Shown here: piece after piece, positions 24,074 through 46,747 of the stretch
Layout: each line of letters opens with the position of its first letter
How positions within the stretch are numbered: position 1 is the stretch's first letter
Origin: Laetmonice hystrix
Taxonomy: Eukaryota
Direction of reading: 5' to 3'
Assembly: GCA_965235115.1 (NCBI GenBank)
Contig: OZ249436.1
Location: forward strand, 12,402,001 to 12,466,000
Length of the DNA stretch: 64,000 nt
Program-made: the position numbers and the translations under genes
Notes under the pieces: generated by a model
Seen by the model: the letters and a program-made list of their open reading frames with translations, nothing else
Told to the model about the DNA's origin: nothing
The model's database searches: none

Positions 24074-27000
24074 TTATGAATCCGTGCACTTATTGCAATG
24101 TGTGCGGTACTCTGAGACCTCAGTGAATTCCCTCTGGCACCGTGGGCATTCATACTTGGTTGGGGTTGATCGCAGGTAGCTCGATTCCTTGCCCCCATCT
24201 GTGGGGTTTGCATCGCCAGCACCCTGGCGAGCACTGGCGCCTGGGAGAGATGACCACGGACCGTCTTGTGCTACAACCATTGGGAGTTCTGTATGAGTGT
24301 GGACGTTCCATAGCGGCCTTCCACACATGGCCATGTTGGGAAGCCCTCCTCTGGCTCCTACACTGGCAGCTCTGGCAGTGCCATGGCTCACTGACACTGG
24401 GTAAGGTATGCCTTTTCCCTCGATATGTTGCTGATACTGCATCATGAGCCTGTTGATCTTTTCATTCTGCCAACAAGACAGCATGTGTTAGGAGCATTAG
24501 CAGAAGTTGCCACTTCCTCTTATATGAAATAAATTAATGAATATTGTGGCACTGCTTTTTAAATAAGTGACCATCTGTAAATAAAAGCCCCCACAGTGCA
24601 ATTTTATTTGTAGGAAACTATATTTTGTCGATGTAACATTCCCATTAGTTATACAATTCACAATCTCGGCAAATACCAGGGAACACCCATCTGTTCTGAG
24701 AAATAGGCTCCAACTGTATTTTTCTTGCCAGTGACATACCTCAGACTGGATCTTGTCGATCTGACCCTGAAGCTGCTGACATACTTTTTCACACTTTTCC
24801 TTCTCAGCCTGCAACTTGCCATTTTCCTTTTTCAATTGAAAGTAGTCTTCTTTGTACATTTTTATCTGCAATATTAATCATTATATTTACTGCATATTCA
24901 AACTGAAAAAGAAGAATCAAACAAGCATGGAAGAAAAGTGATTAATTTGGCAGCGTATATAAAATGGCAATTGAGAAAAAGACTAATAACTGGTATAATC
25001 TCAGACGTGCCATTTTTTTCAAAAACAAAGATCCATAAAAAAATTGGGGTGATATTGTATACAATAATCTGTGACATTTGACAGATATTGTGGTATATGA
25101 TGGCCAAGTTTCGTTTATACGTCTTTACCTTTCAAGTACGGTACTTTGTATATTTTCATTTGTCAGCTTTTACCTGCTGCATCCCTATTTTGTGCAATTC
25201 CTGGGACTCTTTTAGCTCCTTAGATAGTGCTGCCACCTCTTGTGCTGTTTCTGCACTGCGAAATTCCCGCTGAGAGGTCACACGACTTATCTGGTCTCTA
25301 AGGTCTGTAATATTTGCCTCAAGATCCTGTCAAATAATATCAATCATATTTGTGTTCACAACAAGTTAAATATCATTATATCATACAGCAGTTCAAGTAT
25401 GGTATGATTAATAATGATCAAATAGGTCTAATATTCTAAAGGCATTAAATAGATCAGTATTATCTAGGTGTAGGTATGTACCACCCGAGTAATTTAGTGG
25501 CATAGAAAAACTGTACACCAACCTGACACTGCTTAGCAAGTTTTTGGCCATGTGCTTGCTCCTTTTTTAGTTTTGAATCAAGGTCCGCCACTATTTTATT
25601 CTTAGTTACGGACAATGCTTTCTGCTGTTCTTTCTCTTTTTCCTTCTCTTTCTGTAAATGGAATAGTTCCTCTTGCATGGACTTCAGTTTTGCTCTCTCC
25701 TCTTCAAGCTTCCAGCTCTCCACAAGTCTGCTGCTTGGCTCAGCAGGCGATGCTGCCTTTTGGTTAAGGGTTGAATTTTTGAGCTGATCAGTTATATTCT
25801 CAATCTGTTCTTCAGTGGTCGAATTCTGTGGCAACTTCTGAAGTTGATTCTCTGTATTATCTTTTGTTTCATGATTCTGCAATTATTGAATAAGCATCTG
25901 AATCAGACAAGGCTTACAGGAAAAGCATAAATACGGCAACAAAATAAAGTTTTGTAATTCCCTTTGATAAGGTAATCCGTGAACAAACCCACTAGGGCTG
26001 CACCGCCACTAGTGACATGATGCAATGTAAATACAATGTATACCAGTCAGAAACTGAATAAATGTTGACCCATAAATATTGCAGTTTATTTCAGAGAACT
26101 GTCGAGCACCTGGGCCCGGTTTCTCGAAACATCTCAAGGCGTACTTAAGTACCTTATGCTTAAATTGAGCACCGTTGTAACATTTTTTTAATGTCTTCTA
26201 TTTTCAATTTTTTCCAGGCACGATTTCACACACTCATATACTCGGTGTGTCACATGTGGTCAGCTGGTATCTTCACATACAGCTCCCCACCACTGACCCG
26301 GGTATTACCAGGGGCAAATCAGATGACTGCCATTTTGATTTTTCATCTCTTCCAGCAGGGGAAATAAATTTTCAACTAAGATTTCCTCCCTGCCTCATAA
26401 GACTTTTTCCAAGAAAATTCTTCAGAAAAAACAATTTTTTAAGGCCGGCCTTATAAATAGTTACTAGCCTCGGTCCCAAGTCAGCCCCAAAAAGTTTTAG
26501 TTTCGACCCTTTTCAAGAACACTGTAGCTGTGTGCTATATTAATATTTCAGTGAGAATTTTAAACAGCCTTAAAAAAAAACAGCAGACTTTTGTTTCACT
26601 GAAATTATGTTTTTCTTACCATTTCTGGAGTTGAGTTGAGTTTTGAACGGAGCTGAGTGTTATCATGCATGTAGCCCTCCAAAAGCGTCTCTTTGAGGTT
26701 GAGTGCTCTCACCAATTCCGTGACCTGGAGAATAAACATACCAGTCATTATTCATATCCTTATACAGGGATGGCCGAACTGGCTTGCCCGACGCCTGGGG
26801 CAAGTTGCTAGAATGGTCAGGCTAGTCCAACAAACCAATAGCCCGATGGTTAGTGCTCTGACCCAATATAGACTTAATAACAGGTATAGACTTATAGAGG
26901 CCATGTGAATGTCAGAGCCAGGCAAGTGAAATTTTGCAGTTCACTTGCCCTGTGCCAAGTCATCAATTTGAAAAATTGGCCACCCCTGACTGCAGGAATT

Positions 27001-28821
27001 TCATGTTCAAATGAGCCAGAAACGCTTTTTCCAGGACATTCCAGCATTATTCCTGGGCAACTAGTGTTTTTCCAGGGCATTCATGGCCTGGAAAATGGAA
27101 ACTGAAAATTCCAGAGGGGTGTTTTAATAAGGGCGCCAGACCGTCCGACTGGCAATGGACAGTCGTCGCTTGGTTGTAGGGCCTGCAATTTTTGGTCAGT
27201 TGCCGGTCGGATGCACTTATTGAAACACCCCCCAGGACTTTCCAGAATTTCCAGAACATGTGCCAACCCTGTGATTGAATACATTCATGATCTATTTGGC
27301 AATCTTCAAGCACCCATGTGTTCAGCAAAATTTTCGTATAATTTTACAAATTTCACTATTGCCTGACTGCAGACAACCAATAGACTGGAAAAAATGCTCT
27401 CGCTCCCGTTGACTCCCGTAAATTTGAAAATGCGAGTGCGATTGATCGCTCCCATAGGGATAATCAACTGATCAAATCAACTTAGGTTTAAGGCTGTAAT
27501 TGTTTTAATTAAGTCAATGTGTACCATGCTGTACATGAATGTGGGAATTCCCCACACAGTCACATTGATGTCTTAATCACATTGATGTCTCAATCCACTC
27601 AATAAAGAATAGATTGGTAAATAACCATCACCCCCTTCAGTTCCCCTAACATTACATATGGGAGCGAATATGAATATGATATACGAATATGGATATGAAA
27701 TTACCTTATTTTGTTGTACCTTTACAATTGCTGCAACCTTTTCAGTATTCCCTTGCTTGCTTTCCTCGATCACTGCTTGCAAGTCTCTATACTTGTCTTG
27801 GATGTCCTTGAGCTCTTGTCTAAGTTGGAAAATGATGGCTTCATATTCGCTTTTTTGCTGAAATATTTAAAGAAAGAAGACTCAAAAATTTTAAATGTCT
27901 AAAGCTGAGCCTTCTGAACTATATTTTAAAACTCAAGTCTCCAATAAACAGATGCCATATAACTTATAAGCTGATTTATCTTTTGATGAATAAAATACAG
28001 GCAGATTAGGTTAGTGGAATAACCTCAACTCCACTTTACATCACCTCTGCAATATGTTTTGATTCACCTACAAGTGCTCCCTGGAGATGGTGTCCTGTGT
28101 CCATAATGCCCTTGAGCGTCCGCTGTAGCCTCATGTTGTCTTGAACAATACTTTGAAATATCTGCTTTGAAAACCCAGGGGCTGAGGAAGGAACGGGTTC
28201 CTCGACAGCAATGGTACTACTGCCATTCTTGGATGCGGTTGCTTCAAGTTCTTTTTCATCTTCTTTAATTGTTATATTACACTCATCTGGCCCACCATCG
28301 ACTTGCAAGTCCCCAGGGAGTTGCTTTAGTTCAGGATAGGAAGGGTCCATCTGGTTTTCTGTTAATTGCTCCAGTATTGCAGCCATATCCAGATTTGTAA
28401 CTGCTTGCTCCTGATTACCATATGCTTGTTGTTGTGCTCCCAAACTGTCGGATACAGGGTACTGTAGCATCGCTTCATCAAAATTTGAGAACTGGGGAAA
28501 GTTTTGTTCTGGCTGAGGATGCTGTTGATACTGGTTGAGGGTATTGTCATAACAACCTATGTTACTCTGGCTGCCAAGTTGCTGTTGGGCCAACATGTTC
28601 TTAAGCTTCTCTTCTGTGTCATGATATAACCCTTCATACTTAGAAGCCTGCTCTTTGTAATACGTAATCGTTTTATCTTGCTGATAAAGGAGCCCTTGGA
28701 GATTGTTGCAGGCTTTCAACCGGGATTGGTATGATGTGATTTTTCTTTGAATGTTGTTGTAGTCATGGATAGACAGGCAGACAGTCTGGCCTGCCAATGG
28801 TGTTGCATTTGCCTGCATCAT
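24074..28821 (-). CDS. Coiled-coil adaptor with UBAN-like segment and C-terminal CCHC zinc finger (ABIN/TNIP-NEMO-optineurin-CEP55 type), about 677 aa. Exons 28821-28072, 27857-27705, 26724-26620, 25876-25523, 25326-25174, 24865-24740, 24466-24074
   Basis: All exons have GT-AG boundaries and join in frame. Extensive heptad coiled coil, GMQQIKMYKEDY (UBAN-like QxxxYxxD-aromatic) and terminal YECPRCQREFTEVSEYRTHCNKC zinc finger. The exact orthologue is uncertain. Confidence 0.7.
27543..27552. promoter_or_regulatory. Consensus NF-kappaB site in an intron of the ABIN-like gene
   Basis: GGGAATTCCC palindrome matching GGGRNWYYCC. Confidence 0.35.
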
Positions 28822-29987
28822 TCCTGCAAATTTAATCAAGAATGAAGATTTACTGGAAAAACTTGCTGGCTTTATAGAAACAAGACTAATCACACTGGTC
28901 ACAGAACTCAGATTACTTGATTTCATGTACCAAACTTTGATGTATAAGAAGGTACTCAGTGCTGCCACTCTGGGTTTGACCAAAAAATACATAATCTTTG
29001 GAGAAAAAAGGTACATGTATCCAAATCGTCTGAAAAAAAGTGTAATAAAGTAAATTTGTGTCAATGTACCCTGCTTTCTAGTGATTTGTTCCCATGTTAA
29101 GCTACTCGATACCATGCTTTACTGAGTGATGTAGATAATGTTGAAAAAAGTTGAACCTACAGCACTGCATATTTCTATCTGTCGCTCAGCAGAAAACTCT
29201 ACACTCAACAATACATGCACCACTCCTATAATGAGACCAGCAAACCACACCTCTCAGTCTCAGTCTAATCATATTCTTACATCTAAGTCTGAAGAGTGTT
29301 TGATTACCAAATTTGGCAGAAAAAAAGTATAAAAACGTATTTGCACCTAAAAAAGTATGAAAAACATATAAAAAGGTGTTTTTTCTGAAAAAAGTATAAT
29401 ACATTTAAAAAGTATAAATTGGCAGTACTGCTTTTTGACCCAAGTTGACCACTGCTGTCTATGGATATTGTCTGAGAAGATGGCCCCTCTGTCCTATACT
29501 CAGTGTCTTTCTTATGTAAAATTTACACAGCTTGAAAGTGCATGAATCAGTCCTTGTTGTGGAAGTTTTGGTTTTGAACCATGGTTATAAAAAAATGTAC
29601 AAATAGACTGATTCCTCAACTTCCCAAGAATTCACCAACAGGAAAATTCTAACTGGTTCCTGCATTATCTATGGCAAAGTGATCACGCTGCTATTATTTA
29701 GGCCATGATTAGTCACCTTGAGCAAAAAATGGTAGTGTCTTGAACCTTGAACAGCCTGGTAGGCTACATAATGGATATGTTGAGGTGACCTAGTTCAGTC
29801 CGCTGGTATAGATCTACTCAGGGTCTGGTTTCAAGTTTCAGAAACACTTTATGAGAAAAAAAAGTTGTAAACCCCAGATCTCTCTCACCCCCCTCCTCCA
29901 CCACTGTTTTAGTGTTTAGGGAGATGGATAGATCCTGTTTTCCTTTCAGATGCTAAGTTACAATCAATTTTGTATGTCTTCCATTAC

Positions 29988-30026
29988 CTGACTCTAGGTG
30001 CCATTTATTCTAAAGAGACCAATATC
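29988..30026 (-). other. Probable 5'-UTR exon of the ABIN-like gene
   Basis: Strong acceptor ttttttttcag and donor CAG|gtaatg enclose 39 nt. Confidence 0.5.
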
Positions 30027-30352
30027 CTGAAAAAAAATTAAATAACTCATAAATTGATTAACTGATTGGGATTAGATGTACGGTACTAACATTCTTTTAA
30101 AAACATTTTCTATTTAAGTTTTAACACCTTATGCAACACCTGCAGAAAAATTGCAATATTAACTTCCAGTTCCAGAGTCAGACATGCATCCAGAACTTTG
30201 GACAAGGGGGGGGGGGGGGATGGGGGCACAGACTTTTTAAGAGTACGCATTCATTATAACTAATCGATTTTTATAGGTGGTTTACAGGTATTTATCTTTA
30301 TATTCCAACCTTGATTATGATTATCTGACAAATATAGCATCCACACGGTCTG

Positions 30353-30507
30353 GGGTGCGTTTCAATATCAAAAGATATCTTTGCCAAAGATATCTTTTGG
30401 ACTAGTGCAATCTGGATGGGGGAGAGCGAGTGTTTCAATAAAAACCTCGCGCCTGGCTCCAACGAGGTTTTCAAAGATATCTTTGGGCTATATATCGAAA
30501 CGCACCT
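30353..30507. mobile_element. Harbinger-like MITE
   Basis: CTG|gggtgcgtttcaatat ... atatcgaaacgcacct|CTG, with internal aaagatatcttt palindromes. Confidence 0.65.
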
Positions 30508-31100
30508 CTGGCTGTTTATGAGCAAGTCACGTCGGTCAACGGTCAGGCTTTCGTCTGCGCACCATGTGACCGGGAACTGATCAAACTGAATTGGCGATTG
30601 ATTAATTAATTAATTAATCGGGGCGTCTATATCTATATCTATATCTGGGGCCACGGCAACTCTGCAGTCAATATTTTAATTACCAAGATATGTTAAATAA
30701 GCCTTGAGTTTGCAAGGATCTTTCAAATAAACCACCACTCCTCTTGAGAGACTGCATGTACACCGTACATGCATATTTTGAAACTGTAGACTCTACATGG
30801 CACATAGATCTACTTACTACTACGTCACTCGTCAGTAGGCCCTACCCAGCAGTACTGCAGTGCACTTTAAGTTTGTGTTACTTCAATACTTGTACAGTGT
30901 CAGTTTTGTAAATCTAGTTGTAGTAGTATACAAACGTCTGATACTAATATTAATATTTAATATTGATAATATTCATTACTTACTCTTGTGCCCAACCTCC
31001 CTAGCAGTAGTTTAGACAGATTTCCTCAACTCAACTCTTATCATTCACGCCCGAATCATTTGGACAAGAAACTGTGGGACTGTAGCTTCCCTCCTTGGAC

Positions 31101-31136
31101 GGGGAATTCCCCACCTATCGAAACCAATGACGTCAT
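31101..31136. promoter_or_regulatory. Promoter module: palindromic kappaB site, CCAAT and CRE, between the divergent ABIN-like and HERC4 genes
   Basis: GGGGAATTCCCC 31101-31112, CCAAT 31124-31128 and TGACGTCA 31128-31135, about 120 bp upstream of a minus-strand gtaagt donor near 30983. Confidence 0.6.
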
Positions 31137-31688
31137 CATTCGGGACCGCGAGTTGCTTTCTACGGAAGCCTGTTGTATCTACCTACTGCCATCGGACACG
31201 TCAAAGGAGAGAAACTTTGTCTAGGCTCTTTCGTGGTTGATTAGTCTAGGGCGAGTTGATTTAGGTGCGAGTTGTCCAGCTACTCTTTCGGGGTGTACAG
31301 TAGGCTGGCTGTATCACCCAAAATCAAGTTTGTAAAGTTAGATCATGGCCGGGTCAGTCCGCCATATGATCTGGCGCGGATCTAGGATTTTTTTGCAAGG
31401 GTGGGTGGTGGCTAGGCCTAAGAGCCTTGGACAGGTCTAGCGCCGAAGGCCCGAAGCCCTGCTAGGAGGCTCCGAGACACCCCCGTCATTTTGTTTTAAA
31501 TTTAGGGTGCAATTTGATGCATTTTGGAGCAAAATTAAAATGCTGTATTAAAATAATTAATTTAAATGAAATGTCAAACGTGACCAGAAAAAAGGGCTCG
31601 GGGGAGGTGGCTAGCCACAATTCCCCCCCCCCCCCGATCCACCCCGATGATTAGATTAATATAGCCAATCATAAAACGAGACAACCCC

Positions 31689-31871
31689 GGGCCCTGGTTT
31701 TTAGTTTGCAATTAAACCGAGTCTTAAGATTCAAATCTTAAGATTGAGCTCTTGTTTCAGAGCTCCTGATTGGTCCTTCAATTGAAGTCAGCCAATGAGA
31801 GACCATAACACAAGTCAGTCTTAAAATTTCAGTCTTAAGATTGGTAAAATGACCAACTAAAAACCGGGGCC
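31689..31871. mobile_element. Harbinger-like palindromic MITE
   Basis: gggccctggtttttagtt ... aactaaaaaccggggcc TIRs; internal tcttaaga repeats arranged symmetrically. Confidence 0.65.
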
Positions 31872-32744
31872 TGGTCAGTTTGTTGGTCTATGATTATCCC
31901 TAATGGGCTTCCGTTGGTGTTGTATTGATTCAACCATTAAACGGGAGATGGCGCCAGCATGATGCATCCATTTCGATGTGGCGCCATCTGTACGAACTGG
32001 TAAATCTCGCGGTACATAGATTGCACAGCAACTCGCGAGAACATTTTCTAAGCAGTCGAAGTAGTCGAAGTCTGTGCCGCCTAACCTTACAGTTACAGCT
32101 AGGAAGTCAGCGTGATGTCAACATTGCGTTCTGGATCCTTCGATCCTGTGGCCATGATAAGGTAGAGTTGCTGCCGGAAGAACGAACAAGAAGAGCCGTT
32201 GTGGTAAGTATAGAGGTCTATGTGGGGACAGCGACAGTAACTTGTCTTGGCCTTGGCGGCTTGGGACTGAGTGAGGTACCTTCAACCTGCCTGACTGATC
32301 ACCACTGACATAGTCTATGAGTAGTATGACGTTAGCGCCTGGCGCCATGGTTAGAAATTAAGCCTAGACTCAGGCTAGAGGGTGTACTGGTAGTGGTACT
32401 CACTAGGTGGTAGTGTTTATGTTAGTGTAGTCTACCTGCTGTGCCTGTGTGGGGCAGGCTTACAATGCTCAATGGAGGCCACCTTGAGCCAAACTGCCTA
32501 ACCCAGTGTTTTCAGTAGTTTGTGCCAGCCGCATAGGCCTAAGTGTTCTACAGTTTACAAAGTACTGTGTTATTGTTAGGCAGTGGGTTGCCAGTATTGG
32601 ATGATGTCTTCTAATTAGTGCCTAATTACTAACCAATTTGAGACTAAACTAACACTAACCCAAGGCCTAACCTTAACCCTAACCCAAACACATTGTTTCC
32701 CATCACTAATTAGTCACTTGTTTACTTATTTTGCCGGAATACTG

Positions 32745-33183
32745 CAGAGCTCTCAAGTGTCGCGCATTTTGCGGGAGTCTCAAGCATTTTGGCCCTTCCT
32801 CCCGCACTCCCGCGAGCCCCAGTGATTCTCACGCATTTTGAGATGTTGCTTATTGCTCGAAACGTAGATCTTTGGATCTGTCCTTGACTGTGCTGCCATC
32901 GCCCAGCCTTAATTGATAGGCCTAACTACTAGCCGTCCCATCCAATCATAGACAGTCCATTTTTCTTAGACTTAGTGAGCCAATCTCAGCGCCGATTTCT
33001 TAGCGAAGTCGGCCAAACGGTGAACGTCATGGTCTATACTTGAACACAATACTATCACTAAGTGATTTCAGTGTTTTAAGTGCCTAATATATATATGAGA
33101 TAATCTCACGCATTGAACCCCAATCTACAGCAAAACAGCTGGTGAATCTCCAGCAAGGGCCTCAGAGACCCTTGAGAGCTCTG
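32745..33183. mobile_element. hAT-like non-autonomous element with 6-bp TSD
   Basis: ATACTG|cagagctctcaag ... cttgagagctctg|ATACTG. Confidence 0.8.
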
Positions 33184-33335
33184 ATACTGGTTTTCAGTAG
33201 TTTCGCTGGTTTTCGGTAGTTTTCATTAAATTAATAAGTCGTACTAATTAATTATAAATGCCAAATGATGTCAGCACCATCCCATAATTACTTTCACTGC
33301 CACTGACAGGGAATCTTCTTGATCACAGCCTATAA

Positions 33336-33492
33336 GGGGCCGTTCAAAAATTACGTAACACTATTTTGGGCCAAATCTGACCCCCCCCCCCCACACTCCC
33401 CGTAACGCTCTGCAATGGTACTTCAGCACTGTCCATAATGTTTGGACATACCCCCAAATCCCCCGTGCGTTACGTAATTTTTGAACGGCCCC
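33336..33492. mobile_element. Harbinger/Tourist-like MITE
   Basis: TAA|ggggccgttcaaaaattacgtaac ... gttacgtaatttttgaacggcccc|TAA: perfect TIRs and a TAA duplication. Confidence 0.85.
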
Positions 33493-33682
33493 TAATTCTA
33501 TATGTCATGTGATTGTCCCTGTGTCTGAGTAGGGCTTAAACGTCTATGATAGTTCACTTTCTAGTATAAATGGTGGGTTGCGGAATACTGATCACTTCTC
33601 TTGTGTTGTGCCAGTACCCAACTCGTTTTCATTTGCAAAGCTTCCTCCCCAAGACACAGTTTTAGACATGACTACCAACTCG

Positions 33683-34010
33683 GGGGCCCGTTTCACTAAA
33701 GGTCAATAATAACGACGTCGATAATTTAACATAGAAGTGAATGGTTGCTAGGTCATTATTTTCGACCTAGCAACCCATTCACTTCCAGGCTTCGAATTAC
33801 AGGACGGCATCGACGGCATCGACGGCATTTGCTGTCGTGCCTTTTCTATCTATCATAAATTTGCCGCCGTGCCCTGGAAAAATCTTACGTTGATTCTTAT
33901 GTATCGACGGCAGTTTTTGCCGTGCCCCTTTCAACTTCTAATTCGAGGCCTGCACTTCTATGTTAAATTATCGATGTCGTTATTTTCGACTCCATAGTAA
34001 AACAGGCCCC
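33683..34010. mobile_element. Palindromic Harbinger-like MITE interrupted by a nested element
   Basis: ggggcccgtttcacta ... tagtaaaacaggcccc ends; arms tcgataatttaacatagaagtgaatgg / ccattcacttc[insertion]tatgttaaattatcga. Confidence 0.75.
33786..33952. mobile_element. hAT-like MITE, copy 1 (nested), 6-bp TSD CACTTC
   Basis: CACTTC|caggcttcgaatta ... taattcgaggcctg|CACTTC; closely similar to 38693-38850. Confidence 0.85.
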
Positions 34011-34427
34011 AGTGGCCACATTGCAAGTAAGCTGCATAGTGGTACTGATGGCAAGGTAATCCACCAAAGGCAACTGCATGACCATTGCTAGTGAATATTT
34101 TAAAAAGTGAACAAGTAAACATTTAAAAAGTGATTGCAGTCACCAACTATTTGGCATGGTAGGCCTCTGCCATATTGCATTTAGCTATCCCGAAAGCTGG
34201 TCCATTCCCCTCTGAACTTTATTTGGTCACACTAAGCAATACAAGTCATCGATTGCTAAGCATTTGTGAGCTGGTTGCAAAGTCTGCAGTCACAGATTTA
34301 AAAAAATTAAATTGTCATTTTCAAAAATTCAATTACTTTGCTGAATGTTCCAGGATAATACCATAATGATAATGTCTGTCTGTTTCTGTTGCAGGTGGTA
34401 GTTGGCATATATTAAAAAACTAAAACA

Positions 34428-46747
<12,320 letters not shown>

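Noticed and set aside
26765..27272. Adjacent CAGG...CCTG-like segments in an adaptor intron
   Set aside because: Probably decayed hAT-like elements, but the termini and TSDs could not be matched reliably.
28822..29115. N-terminal extension of the 359-aa ORF
   Set aside because: It lies upstream of a clear tttgcag acceptor and has intron-like composition.
32665..32686. taaccctaacc telomere-like repeats (also near 3212)
   Set aside because: Only about two imperfect units; not an interstitial telomeric array.
33803..33830. Short gacggcatc repeats (and catgtccgccc repeats near 63050) as a CRISPR-like array
   Set aside because: These are subterminal repeats of DNA elements in a eukaryotic genome, with no unique regular spacers and no cas genes.
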